Assembly (NCBI GenBank): GCA_008632985.1
Contig: QPGO01000055.1
Location: 225,100 to 289,099 of the forward strand
Source: Psammoneis japonica
Taxonomy: Eukaryota
Reading direction: 5' to 3'
Length of the DNA: 64,000 nt
Below the pieces are notes generated by a model. It was not told the DNA's origin. It saw nothing but the letters and a program-made list of their open reading frames with translations, and ran no database searches. Shown here piece by piece: positions 35,960-48,576 of the stretch. Both the position numbers and the translations under genes were made by a program. Position 1 is the stretch's first letter. Each line of letters starts with the position of its first letter.

Positions 35960-37800
35960 AAGTGCAAAGAGCCAAGTGAGCTTGCCAGTTGCCTCTGCAT
36001 GAGGTGGCATGAACCAGGCAGAAAAAGGATGGTGCCAATGGAGCATGTGCACAAAGAATGCATTGTGAAGTGGGTTCCAGAAGCTGAAGAATGTGTGCAT
36101 GCCAAGAGCAAGCTTGCCAGCTGCCTTTCTGTGAGGTGGAATTAACCATGCCAGAAAAGGATGACACCAACGAAGCACACACACAAAGAATTCATTGTGA
36201 AGTGGGCTCCAGAAGCTGAAAAAAGTGTGTCTGCCACAGAGCTGATGTTCTCTGCTCATGACAATGAAGAAGAGATTGTGCAAGACATCAAGGTTTGCTG
36301 TGCATGCACACACTTGACCCCAAGGAGTGCTGGCAAACCATTGGGTGCAACAATGCAAAACAATGGAGGACATGTTGCAGCATTTGTGGTCCATCACATT
36401 GTCAGGAATCAGCCAAAGCAGGGATGATGGATGAGACACCCGTCACTGGTTCAAGGGGTGGCAACCTGTGGTTGACCTCAGACAGATGAGATGTTGGCCA
36501 TTTGAGCAAGTGTTCAGAAGCGGGCTGTCCTGCCTGTGGCATGGGCGCACAAGGGGCATGTGGTTCCCTCATGAAGAGGGTCACCAATCACCCTGAAGGT
36601 GCTGCAAATCATTGTCAACTGGCTCAAGGAAGTTGGCATCATTTTTCAACCATGACATCAAGATCGCACACGCAAACTTGCAAAAGATGCACAGAATGGG
36701 TTCTTGATTTTGACTCCCAACCAAGAAAATTGGTGGCTGGACCAAAGAGCTGCTCAGTGCTCTGTCATGTCATGACATCATGAAAAAATTGTCAAGTCTG
36801 TGTTGGGTGATTTGCAATGGTTGTGCAAGGCACAACGGACTTGCTGGATGACATGGCTGATTTCTCTGATGAGGGACAGCATGCCAGTCTGTGTTGCAGC
36901 AGCCTGGAGACCCTTGAAGTTGGAGGAGCACATGTGCAAGCAAGGTGAAAACTTGTGCGGCACTCTGGAAGAAAAAATCTTGGTTGCCTCATTCCAAGTT
37001 TTTAGAGTGCCAATGAGAGCAGCAACATCTGGATCAGGGTTGCTGCAAGGACCCAGGCATGCCGGGGAAAAAGCATTTTTTGGCTGCTGATGCCACACAC
37101 ATCGATGGCTGCTCTTTTTTGAGAATTTCATCTGTTTTTGATTTTCTTTAAGTGCACTTTGATCTCACTTTTTTTGTTTGGCAGATCAACCTGTTTGATC
37201 TGTCGGCACCAGTGGGCGCCTGCGCCGCTGCTTTTTTGTTGCAGGTTTGAAGCTGCGCGGCGAACTTCCAGCCAGGCAAACCTCAGCTGACCAAGCAGCC
37301 AGGGTGAGTGTGGCAAGCAGCACAGGAGAAAGCTTTGCAAGATTTCATTTGGCAACATCAACTTGCTGGTTCAACAGGAGCTCTTCACTCTAAGGCCGAT
37401 GAGCACTTGGCCCGTGACGGAGCTCAGTTGCTCAACTCACTCGATGAGCATCTCGCTCACTCTGCCCACAGAGTGCAAGAGCATCCGCAAAGCCCGACCT
37501 TTGGCAGTTGGAGGCACACATGCCATTGCAGCCGGGTGATGCCGATCTTGGCCAACTGACATGTGCTCCTGCCACACCTGGTGTGCTGGGGGTGTGGGCT
37601 GGCTTGTTGCCGGAGTTGCAGGGTGGAAGAGCAGCAGCACTTAAAACTCAATTTTGGGTTTTTTGTTTTGGTTCAACAAGAGCTCTTTGTGCTCCAAAAG
37701 CACAAGCCAATGAAGTCTCATGCGGCGCAAGATGACTTGTCGTGAGTGGGTGGCTGGGTGGGCTGCTTCGAAAAGCTCAACTGTGCACGCATGAACAAAG
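35960..37800. repeat. Unclassified TpA-depleted degenerate element with ~130-bp internal duplication
   Basis: GCTTGCCAG...CATTGTGAAGTGGG.TCCAGAAGCTGAA repeated at ~35980 and ~36112; TA nearly absent. Confidence 0.55.
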
Positions 37801-38235
37801 ACCCACGGCACCGCAATTGATTGTTTGCGCCCTCCAATTATGACATTTTTATTCCAGTCGTAAACCAAAACAGTGTTGTGTGCAGCATGTTCTCATCGAT
37901 GCTAAAGTTGCACCTCGCAATGATTTATGATCGTCATTTAAGCCCACAGCCTTTTAATCCTGTAATGTCTCTTGTGTGGCATTTTGTCTCTACAGCACTT
38001 TACAATGTCCTTCCCCACCGCAACCACAAAACGAATAATGCATTTGTACGAACCAGCACAGACCACTCTGATGAAAAATTTACATTTAAGCCCTCCACTT
38101 GCCGGCTTAAGTCATTTATAAGCCCAGACACGTTTTCAATTAGAAAAATGACTCTGGTGAGGATGACTCTGGTGTGGCATTGTACTCCTCACAATTTTCT
38201 CAACTCGTTTTTTTTTTTGCGAGACCCCGAACAAC

Positions 38236-39253
38236 ATGAAGCTTTCTTCTCTCCCCCTCTTTGCCTTCCTTGGATTGGTTGCCATTGCGCAAGCCTCAGG
38301 TGTGTTGACTGCGATAGTTGACCCTTCGCATGCTTGAAATTCCGATTGTAAATTTCACTCACTATCTATTCCTTACTGCATCCGTGATAGCTGCAGACAT
38401 CTCGACAGGCACTATCCTCGTTGATGACGGCAGTGAAGAAAAAGGCCGTGGTCACGGAAAGCAAGATCGCCCCATCAAGGACAAACCGACTACTCCTGGG
38501 AAGAAAATGCTGAGGACTGGCAAACCCGACGACCGTCCGGTGGAGAAGGACAAAGGCGAGAAGCCTGACAACGAGCCTACCATGACTAGGACTGGCTATA
38601 CGGAGAAGGAGGAACGCGTAAAGCCAGACAACGAACCCACGAGGACCAGGACTGGCTATACGGACAAGGAAGAACGCGAGGCAGAGCGTGAAAAGGACAA
38701 GGAGGAACGCGAGGCGGAGCGTGAAAAGGACAAGGAGGAACGTGAGGCGGAACTCGAAAAGGACATTGAGGAACGCGAGGCGGAGCGTGAAAAGGAGAAG
38801 GAGGAACGCGAGGCGGAACTCGAAAAGGACATTGAGGAACGCGAGGCGGAGCGTGAAAAGGAGAAGGAAGAGCGCGAGGCGGAACGTGAAAAGGATAAGG
38901 AGGAACGCGAGGCGGAGCGTGAAAAGGATAAGGAAGAGCGCGAGGTGGACCGTGAAAAGGACAAGGAGGAACGCGAGGCGGAGCGTGAAAAGGACAAGGA
39001 AGAGCGCGAGGTGGAGCGTGAAAAGGACATCGAGGAAGGCGAGGCGGAACTCGAGAAGGACAAGGAGGAACGCGAAAAGCCAGATAACGAGCCCACCAAG
39101 AAACGTGTAAGGAAAAACAAGCCTGAAGGGGACAAGCCCAAACGCACCAAGGAAGAAAGGATTCAGCGCAAATGCCGCAGATGCAAGAAGGATGGATGTC
39201 TCGAAGGAAACGAAGACGCCAAGTGCGCAGCTTGCAAGGCTTGCTACAGTTAA
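38236..39253 (+). CDS. Secreted highly charged protein with 11-aa (33-bp) EEREAEREKDK repeats and Cys-rich C-terminus
   Basis: Signal peptide MKLSSLPLFAFLGLVAIAQAS, phase-1 intron 38300-38390 joins the repeat ORF; about 12 repeats at ~38670-39075; ends CRRC...C...CAACKACYS. Confidence 0.8.
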
Positions 39254-39798
39254 AATGATCTTGAGCATGTGCGTGCACCCGCAAGAATTATTCGGGTTGA
39301 TGATGTGGCTGTTGTAACCCAAAATGGTAGAGATGTAGTTGCGGCAAAAGATATCTGTACTATTAGCTTCATTCTGCATTAAGGAACACATGGCGTTGCG
39401 CTCCTGGCCTCCGTTTCTAGCTTCAGCAGTCATAATTCATCCTAGTAGCATTGATTGACAGCAGCCTTGCTCTCAAGCTTACTATGAAGGATTAAACCGA
39501 TAACCACAGCCTATTGTTTTTTTCTTAGCATTTTTACAGACGCCTACTATCTTCTTCTCCATGAAAGCACAGCAGTACTGTACTCTGAGACGGTACAATC
39601 TGTTTGTTTGCTTTAAAAAAAAGTAGAGATCAGACCTGGAAAAATTAAAGCCTGGGAGGACGTGTGATATGAACCAAATTCGACACCTTGACGAAAGCGT
39701 TGGAATTCGTGGAAAACTATCGCTAGTCTAGCTAGAAATAAAGAGATGGAAAGAACCAATGCATATTCCATTTAACTTAGATATTGTAGCGAACGTCT

Positions 39799-42168
39799 TT
39801 AGAGAAGCTTCTTTCGTTTCTTTTTCTTCTTGGGTGGCTGGACAGGAACTTCCAGCTGATCAAATGACAATTCGACCTTTTCCACCTTGACGTCATCTAC
39901 GTCGACAAAGTTTCCACCTCGATTGCTGCCCCTGTGTTTGTCGTTATTGCCTGCCTGATTGTCCCCATCCCGATGATGACCTCGGTCATCCATGTCCCCA
40001 CGAGGCCGATGACCATGATGGCGGTCTCGATCGTAACTGTGGTGGTGGCGCTCTTCCTCTTCTTCCATCCTCTTGCGCCTTTCTTCTTCCTTTCGCCACA
40101 ATTCTGGTTCTGGGTCGGTAGCCGTTGGATTCTCGGCGCCAGTCACGTTACTGAGGACCAGACCAAATTTGGCACCACAATCCACCAGTATGGGTGGAAC
40201 GGGTCGATTGGCTTCGCTGTCCCACGATTTCATCATGTACGGATCGTGACACTTTGTCACTTCTGCTCTTAGAAATTCTGGGTGCTTCTTGACCAGATGC
40301 TTTTCTAGAAACTTCTTGTCCTTGAAGAGCTTTCGACAAAAGTGAAAAGAGCACCTCGCCCTTCCATCGGCATCAATGATACAATGATTTTGAACCCATT
40401 CGTCCGTCGCCGATGCCTCCAATTCCTCAATCTCCTTGGCTTGTTGGTCCGTCGTTTCATCATCCAACACATTCCCTCCCGCGTGCGCCACCCATTCATT
40501 GCTTTGCTCCAACGCCTTGGTAATGGAATCATCCAATCGCATCACCAACAAGTCCTTGGCAGGTTCGCTTTCGCCGCCATCATTATCCAAATCACCGTAC
40601 ATTTCTTCATTTTCTCGTTTCGATTGCTGAAGCAACTCATCTGCTCCCTTGAGTCGCAAATGAATCACCCCGGCAGAATGCGTATTCGAAAAGACATCTC
40701 CCACACCATTGGCTCGTGTACAGCCATTGTAAAAGGAAAACAAGTGAACTCGACGAAGATAGGCAATACTGACATCGAGAATATCGGCAGCAGAGTCCAA
40801 GTGTAGCACATCGAGCAAATCATCCAGACGAACTCCTTGTGAAATACCCCGCGCCACATCGAGTGCTCTCGTCAACATGACGGCCGCGTCCTTGTCTCGA
40901 TCAATCCGTTCGGTACACGACAGGGCCGCCGTCAAGACGGCAACCGGCTGCGTTTCTAACGTCGTTTGTACCGAAACAGTGGCACGTCGTGTCGGTACCT
41001 TTTCCATGTCTTCGGAAGGAGCCGTTCCACCACCCTTGCCATCGGGATCCACTTCGAATCGTCCGTAGGGATCGGAACAATCGACATCCAAATCGAGAAA
41101 TTTCGGCATGGGACGATCCTTGGCATCGTCCTTTCGAGGAATATCACCCGCAGTTGTGGTGGAGGTCGTGGTGGTCGTGGCATTGGGGATGCGGCTTGCC
41201 GAGTAGTTTGCCTTTTCGAGATTATTCAAAATATCCAATCGCACATCAGATGATTCACAAACGACGTGTGCTTGACGACACAGCGGTCGGTTTGCGTTGG
41301 AAGCGGTATATGTGACGGTGGAACTGTACACTTGAATCTTGGCTCCATCCTTGGAACAATGATCCATGATTGCGTGGTGCAACTGATCCTCTGTCACATG
41401 CGGCGGAACTTGTCCAATCATAATGACAGTCTTGCTCTTGACCGCATCCAAGACGTGACTCTGGGGAACAGTGTTGGAATCGTCTTGTTTTTCGTCTTGT
41501 GGTTGTGGTTGCTCATTCGTTCTGTATTTACGTTTTCGTTGTGTTGAAGTGTTTGATTTCTGTCCTTGTCCCAATTGAGCTTGCTGTACAAAGACTTGTG
41601 GGTCGGCATGGATTTCTTCCAACATGCACTGTGCTTCTTGAACGGCACGATTGGCTTCGAGTTTGGCCGCCATGGCTCGTCCCAAAGGAGAGTACCGACT
41701 CCGAAACCAGGAATCGTCCAAGTGTTCATTGAAAAAGGAACGGACATACTTTAAACAGTAATGATGACGGTACGTGTCGTAGTCCTCCTTGTTTTCTGCT
41801 TGTTGTTGTTTTTGAGTTTCATCGTCGTCGTCATTCTTCTTGTTGCTTTCGTCTTCGTCTTGTGCTTTTTCGTTTTCACTATTCTTCTGTTTTTGTTCTT
41901 GTTCCCATAAATACTGACAAAGCATGGGAGTCTCCATATACCGCTCTACAGCATGACGGAATCGCTTCGTAGAGCCTGTGCCTGCTCTGGAGGGAGAGGA
42001 ACGATGTTCGGTAGACGACCGAGTCGAGGATTTTCTTCTGGCTAATGCTGCTGCGGGATCGTCTCGACTGTTGCTACCTCTGCTGCTGTAATGATGATGA
42101 TCGCCACCACCTCCTCCTCCAGATGCTGCTGCTCCCGGTACCTCGCGGCCAAACTCGTCAACCACCAT
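39799..42168 (-). CDS. SRRT: SERRATE/Ars2 (cap-binding complex adaptor, small-RNA biogenesis)
   Basis: FFNEHLDDSWFRSRYSP, YLRRVHLFSFY, C2H2 finger CSFHFCRKLFKDKKFLEKHLVKKHPE. Confidence 0.88.
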   Translation of the reverse strand: MVVDEFGREVPGAAASGGGGGGDHHHYSSRGSNSRDDPAAALARRKSSTRSSTEHRSSPSRAGTGSTKRFRHAVERYMETPMLCQYLWEQEQKQKNSENEKAQDEDESNKKNDDDDETQKQQQAENKEDYDTYRHHYCLKYVRSFFNEHLDDSWFRSRYSPLGRAMAAKLEANRAVQEAQCMLEEIHADPQVFVQQAQLGQGQKSNTSTQRKRKYRTNEQPQPQDEKQDDSNTVPQSHVLDAVKSKTVIMIGQVPPHVTEDQLHHAIMDHCSKDGAKIQVYSSTVTYTASNANRPLCRQAHVVCESSDVRLDILNNLEKANYSASRIPNATTTTTSTTTAGDIPRKDDAKDRPMPKFLDLDVDCSDPYGRFEVDPDGKGGGTAPSEDMEKVPTRRATVSVQTTLETQPVAVLTAALSCTERIDRDKDAAVMLTRALDVARGISQGVRLDDLLDVLHLDSAADILDVSIAYLRRVHLFSFYNGCTRANGVGDVFSNTHSAGVIHLRLKGADELLQQSKRENEEMYGDLDNDGGESEPAKDLLVMRLDDSITKALEQSNEWVAHAGGNVLDDETTDQQAKEIEELEASATDEWVQNHCIIDADGRARCSFHFCRKLFKDKKFLEKHLVKKHPEFLRAEVTKCHDPYMMKSWDSEANRPVPPILVDCGAKFGLVLSNVTGAENPTATDPEPELWRKEEERRKRMEEEEERHHHSYDRDRHHGHRPRGDMDDRGHHRDGDNQAGNNDKHRGSNRGGNFVDVDDVKVEKVELSFDQLEVPVQPPKKKKKRKKLL

Positions 42169-42574
42169 GCTGGAAAAAAGACAAAGTCACCAGAAGTAGC
42201 TAAGTATTGAAGTGTAGACTGCTAAGGCAGACGCGGCAGCATAACAAAAACAGCAACAGCGATAACAACACAATAACATGTAACAGCGATGCGATGTTCT
42301 GTTCGTTTTGGTTTCCCTCCATACGTTGAACTTTGTGAGGGAAAAGATCGTACGATGGACAGAAAAATACGGCTCATGGCCTGTTTCGTAGAAACACACT
42401 GCAAGAATACAGTAGGACAATTTTTGGCGCGAAACTAAATAAACATCTTCAGTGCCGACGAATCACATGACAACTCCAAAAATAAAAAGGCTGTTGACAA
42501 CCAACAACAAAAACCAAAAGAACCATGAGCAGCCGTGTCTGTGGACAAGCTGTCAACAAGGGCGGTCCATCAAA

Positions 42575-45500
42575 ATGGCAGCGTCAAATGGGACACACGG
42601 TCATTCCAAGCGCAAGGCAGAAAAGAACGAACAAGAACCGGAATGAGCGCAACGCCGTGCCGAGTGTCATCGTAAACGTCATGGTGAAGCCATTGACGTC
42701 AAGTTTGGGTGTGAACGATAGAATCACACTGCATCGACGGAACCGAGATGTCATGGATGGTTGCTCAACATGTTGCCAACGGCAAGTCAATGCCGTGCGT
42801 GTGAATTGTGAATGGCGGGAGTCTCAATCACACGCCCGTGTGTTTCTTGTGCTCTCGTCATTGTCATCCATCGACAGCAGCGTCGGGTGCTTCTTTTGGA
42901 AGTGGAGCAGACGATGGCTCTCCGGATGGTCCAGAATGTGCCAGATTGATTCATCTGCCGCAGGGAAAGAGCTCAGCATTCACATGCGAGATTGAAATGT
43001 CGGAGCACGGAGCACGTTTGTAGAGTCAAGAAATGGTCGAAATCCACATCTACATCCTGTCACTTCAGCCGGGATCGAGGACAAGTCATGTGAGACTGGG
43101 ACTCCATTGATGCTCCGTGCGTCATTGGGATGCGCGCTCAGAATCCCAACATCTGCTGCGTCCCAAGATGGGAGTCGCAAGTCGCGCGCCTTGTCGGAAT
43201 TGCAGCGCATCAACCGTCTGGCCAAAGGAGTGCATCTTAGCAAACATGATGTGTCACACAAACGCATCTTCATTTCTGTCGCTGCGAACGCAAAGTCCAA
43301 GACAGAAATCGTGGCCATGTTCAAGATGGACGGTGGCAAAGGAGAGAACAGACCTTTTGAATGAAGCGGAGGCTTCCGGCCAGAAATCTGAGTGCAGCAG
43401 CATCTCCCCCGAGAGCTGCTTTAACATGACAAGCAAGCGTTTTCCGGCATTGAGGAGGTGCTCAGCCCGTGCGGCCAATTTAATCAAGGTCCCACATTTG
43501 TGCTCCTCAGCGGCAGCAAACCGTTGCCGCACCTCTGTCGCGCTGTTCCAAGCTTCAATTCGTTCCCGATCATCACTTTCCCTTTTCCACCTGGTCCTCA
43601 TGCAACCCTTCTTTGATGATTCTGCCCGCGTTGAATTGGGAGCCAACGGCAGCACAGCTCTGCATGGAAGCATGCTTCCACATGGGCGTCATTTCCTTCC
43701 CCAAGCGCGTCTCTCATGCCAGACATTTGCAGGTGCCGGTTGGAAATCTCGATCAAGACGAAGCTGTTGCGTTGTGCGACTTTGGATTTGGTCACCAGTC
43801 GGACTGTGTCGTGGGCAAGCGCGACGCATCCTGACTTTGGAATGTCGTTCCTCTGAGGTGATTGCAAAACCGATGAAACTTCCATCCTTTCGAACCAAAA
43901 AGAAATTTGGGGCGATGATGATGAGCTGATGAGTCCGGTTGTTCGTTGTCCTGGCTCTTGTCATTGTGTTTGCACTGAAATCGATGCACACGATCTGGCA
44001 ATTGTTGCCGCCCTGACGGATGCCGCTGCGGCCGCTGCTCTTCCTTCTGCTGTGAGCCAAGCGGGCATCCCTGCGTCACCGAGCAGCGTCACCATGTTTG
44101 ATTCCACATTTGACGGAATGAATTCCATGGTTGCGGGATCTTTGGGGGACGAAATGTCAACATCCGCATCACTTCCGATTCTGCGTGCATTTGTCGGAGC
44201 TTGGCTTTACGATGCCTTCGAAGCAAACAGTCAAGTTGCAGACGACATGCTCCACAAAGTGCACTGTCTTGTGTCGACGCCAGAGCCACTGTTGAATGAC
44301 CCAACTCTCCATCGAGTGATCCAATCATTGATGAAAGCGACTTTCTTTCGACGTCTTGGTGAACTGGAAAGGCTTGTTTGTCATGTTGTTTGTGCGACAT
44401 TTCGCAAGGTGACAGTCGCTGCGAATGAGAGCAGCCTCTCCGACGCTGCGGAGCATGTCAACTTTGTCATTTCTACGATTCGAAATCTAAGCGGAGCGTC
44501 CGAGGGTGACCAAATGTTTGCAAGACTGGGTCGCATTGAGTTGCGTGCAAGCACCTGCTTCTCGCATTGTCTCTTTCTTGACGAACACAACTGCGGTGGG
44601 ATTCATCCCGAGCGCCTCCAGTTGGAGGAGGGCGAAAGCGATTGGTTGATTCCGACTGAAGATGAGGGCGGTGTGCCAATCTTCCCAACGGTGGCAAGCG
44701 GTTGGAACATGATGCATCATTTGGGGAGCGAAATTGCACAAGATTGCTTCCGAGTCATTGTTGGTCACTTTTCCAAGGATGTTCTCCGGAAGCAGATTCA
44801 GCTTGATGAGCGAGACAAAAATGCCATGTTGGAGGACGATGCTCTAAATGCATGCAAGAAGAAATTGACATCTGAGCACTTTGCTGACTGCCTGACGCGA
44901 GCTGTAAGAGATCGAGGAGGAGGGAGGCGGTCCGAAAAGTTTTCTAGAGTCACACCCGGAACGCATCTCGTGCTCACCAATCCCACATTGGAGTTCATCA
45001 AGAGTGTCATGGTTGCATTGGAGTTGGATTCCGACGTACAAAAAGGAAGCACATGCATTGAAAAAGAGCTTGCTAGCTCAGACCGGAGTTCCAATGCTGC
45101 CAAGTGGGAAGACCCTTGCGCCTCTTTCATCTTGCCCGACATGTTTTGCATGGAGTGTCATGAATGTCGTGACGTGAATCTCTGTGATCTTCCGCCACTG
45201 AATGAAGAAGAGAGAACTCAAGTGCCAAGTCTCCTGGACGGAACTTGCAATCGCTAGAGGCGTGTCTACAATGCATCTCATGTGGTCGACTCCTTCTTCG
45301 TTACAGAGACAGTGGGAATGTGAAGACTGCGGCACCCCATGCTGTTCGCAGGACATGGAACGAAGACTTGCAGATCTTTGCAATCGAAAAGCCATTTGTC
45401 ATCAGTTGCAGGACGTGCGGTGCACCAAGACTGGTGCAGTTGGGACGAGAGCCATGTCACGGCAGTCCGATTGTTCGTCTGAGTTACAGCAGGACATCCC

Positions 45501-45603
45501 TCGGGAACAGGCACTGTCACAGTTGAAGATTGTCAATTGTCTTGCTTCGTTTCATGGCTTGGAATGGTCGGCCGAAATGACGCTAGAGCTGCTCAAACTC
45601 TGA
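42575..45603 (+). pseudogene. POLE: DNA polymerase epsilon catalytic subunit, C-terminal half only, mutated
   Basis: DUF1744-like CTEIDAHDLAI, LLNDPTLHRVIQSLMK, FLDEHNCGGI; C-terminal Cys motifs WEDPCASFILPDMFCMECHECRDVNLC and WECEDC...HQLQDVRC; several frameshifts and stops; no N-terminal polymerase domain. Confidence 0.85.
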
Positions 45604-45849
45604 TGTGGTGCCGATGCACAACGAGGTGGTGATTTCAGATGAAGACACGTCTCCAATCTAGACGAGAGTCCATTTTGACAATCTCAGCACGATTCCAGAT
45701 TTTTGGAAAGTCAAGTGTGTAAATTAGGAGACTTTGGCTTTGTCCTCTCGCATCCATGTCCCTGTCTACTGGCTCGCTCGAGCGACACTCGTCGTTGCGT
45801 TTGCATCTCAACTTTCGAATCAATTTCATTGCAGAAAACACTTCTAAAC

Positions 45850-48130
45850 CAGATGATGCCCATTTTGGGTGTCTGTCTTCTCTGCCTCAATCACCATTTT
45901 CCATGAGCAATGCCCACTGTGCACTGCACTGGAGCAACTGCCTCTTAGAGTCTAGACCAATGCAGCACAAGTCACAAGAAATGTGGCAGCATCTGCGAAG
46001 TTTGAAGCAAGCGTGACTGCGAGTGTCAATTTTTTACGGGATTCGCCAACGCATTTTGCACTCAGTCACAAATGCGACGCGCGCTCTTCATCACCACATG
46101 CAATTCCGACTTTTGTTGCACTGAAACACTCTTGCTTTGCCAACCCATCTTTGTTGCGATGCCACCCCAAACATGATTGCATGAATTGCACTTGTCATCC
46201 TCTTGTTGAATCTCCTGCTGTGCCTCTTTGATGCTGGTGAGCAGAGCCAGCGCGCTGCCACCACAACATTGGCCATTTTCTCTGTGAAAGTTGTTGAACA
46301 ACTGCCAGCATTGTTTTGCTGTCAATGTGATTCTCCTCACAATTGGAGAAATTTGCAAAGCTTTTCTTGCTCTCCTCATTCTGTCTGTCATGTGCTCATT
46401 GTCCAGCTCTGGCTCGGACCTCACATTGCTGGACTGTGACATGATGAGAGCTTTTTGGTCATGCTCATCTGCGTGTCACGCACTCAGATTTCTGAGTGCA
46501 CTTTTCTGCAAAATTGTGCCATCATGCTCCCTGTTTTTTGCCAAGCCGAGGGCTTTTTATCATGGCTGTTTGTCAGAACAAACATTGGCTCTGCTGGGTG
46601 TTCTCTTTGGTGTCTGAAGAACACACCTGCACAAGGTGGAAATGATGGTGTGCTTCACAATGAAAAAGGAGGTGCAATTGCAAAATTGCCGCTTTTTCTG
46701 TTGGTGATTGTTGGCACATTTTTGCTGCCTGGCAATTTTGCTGTGGAGCTTGTGCGCAGAATTGTGCACACAAATGCCACATGGAGTTCCACCTCCTGGG
46801 GCTAGAACACATCTTTTGCAGCTTTTTCTTTGAAGCTCACAATGCTGTTGCAGCCACTCTTGCGGCAACAGCATCTGTGTGCAGACAATGCATCAGAGCT
46901 TTTCTTCATTGTCAACTTTGCTGCCCACATTGTAGTTCCTTGGCTGCTGTTCTTGAAGTGCAAATTGCTCAGCCATGGTCATGTCAGATGTGTGGTGCAC
47001 CCCCAAAGATTGCAGGGCCTTTGAAGCAGAGTTTGCTGATGCTGCCCCATCAAAGCTGCTGCGGCTGCTTGAAAATGACTCTTTGAGATCCCAAGCATGC
47101 AAGAGCCATCAGGCAAGATGTTGGGTTGTGCACTGAGATGAGTTGACAAAAAGCAAACAAGCTGTGGCTCAGAGTCATTGCTTTGCCAACAGTGCTTGCA
47201 GCAGCTTCACTCCTTGTCTCAACAAGCTGGTGCTCTCTGGAGAATTTCCCCCCCCCCAGCCAGCAGGGAAGCCAAGCACTGTGCTGCACTTGTGTTGTCC
47301 CCCCACTCAGAACAACTGGCAAGTTCAGTTGTTTGTGAGTGTTGAGAACATTTCCCACCAGGTTTGGTTGCGCAACACGACCTGCTTCAGAAAACTGTCG
47401 AGGTTGCGTTGTTGTGTGACAGATGATGGCAGCTTGAAAAAGTCTTTCAAGAGACACTCCCCCAAGCCTGCGTCAAAGTTCATCGCATGTCGGCAACAAT
47501 GAAGAAACGCTGGGAGATGGAGTGTTTCGTGAAGCTTTTGAAGCTTCCATCCGCGCCCTTGGCAGAGCTGCAGCTGTGAGCAGCCCTCTGGCTTCTGTTG
47601 TGGAAGTCATCTCCATGACTGCAGATGCTGCTGTCACCTTGAATGATGACAACTTGGTGCTCATGCCCTTCTTGAGCAAGCTTGTGACAGTGACGCGCGT
47701 TTGTCAAGCAGCCAGTGGTGAGATTGCAGAAAGAGAACACAAATTGAATCTCTGGTGGTGTGGCGCAAGTGTCTTGATGACCAAACAGATTTTGTTAAAA
47801 GTTCATTGGGTGCAAGTGCACACATGAAAGCAATTTGAAAATTGCAGGCCACAAAAAACTTGTGAGACAACAGCACAAAAACAACAGCAACCAGGAAAAA
47901 ACAGAGAAAATGTTCGTGGTGAAGATGTGCTGGTGTGTGCTGGAGAGAGGAGCCCGGAGAAAATGTGGTTGTAGTGTCTGTCATTGATGCATCATTGGCT
48001 TTCCATGCAGTTGACGAGCATGTGGGATGGGGTGAATCAAAATGTGATGGATTTGTGACCCGATTTTTTTTTGACACCCACACTCCACCGGCACATTTTT
48101 TGAAGCAATGTTTTGCATTGAAGATTTCTC
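45850..48130. repeat. Unclassified TpA-depleted degenerate sequence
   Basis: TA nearly absent, strong TG/CA excess, no recognisable protein. Confidence 0.55.
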
Positions 48131-48489
48131 AATAACACGGTGACAGAACACCCATCACATCATACAGCCAAGGTGATTCCACGAGAGCACGCTTTCTGCT
48201 TTCTGCTCACAACATCATATCCCTGCTTATTTTTCACGAGCTCTAATTTGCACACGAACCACATGCTGGTTCCTGTGCATTTACGTACATTTTATACCAG
48301 TCGCATCGTAGTGGGGTGTTGTTCGCCGGCCCTGACGAACTCTTTCTTTGACATAAAATATTTTTCACGACGGCCGGCACAGACTGCCGGCTCGGTGGAC
48401 AAGTGTTAAGTGGTACAAACACGTAGATCCTACGTCAGATTTACAGTACTCAGATTTATTCGGTACAAATCTACGCAGCATTTTGCGTA

Positions 48490-48562
48490 GGGTGCACACG
48501 AACCACCAGGTGGTTCGTGTGCACCCAAAAATGCACACGGACCACCAGGTGGTTCGTGTGCA
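48490..48562. repeat. Two tandem palindromes
   Basis: GGGTGCACACGAACCACC-A-GGTGGTTCGTGTGCACCC (18-bp arms, 48490-48526), a near copy at 48532-48562 and a degenerate copy at ~48249. Confidence 0.85.
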
Positions 48563-48576
48563 TAAGCAGGGTTATC

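Noticed and set aside
25230..37800. Classical fungal RIP or plain CpG methylation decay as the sole explanation
   Set aside because: RIP increases TpA and CpG decay leaves it unchanged; here TpA is lost and alignments show TA->TG/CA.
38366..39433. 355-aa hydrophobic ORF on the minus strand
   Set aside because: Antisense shadow of the E/K/R repeat gene.
39799..42168. SERRATE, or adjacent POLE and TRM5, as the machinery of the mutator
   Set aside because: Proximity only; no deaminase or DNA-modifying enzyme is recognisable in this window.
33715..45603. Alternative genetic code (Tyr reassigned)
   Set aside because: Neighbouring intact genes use TAY/TAA/TAG normally, and the changes also occur in non-coding DNA.
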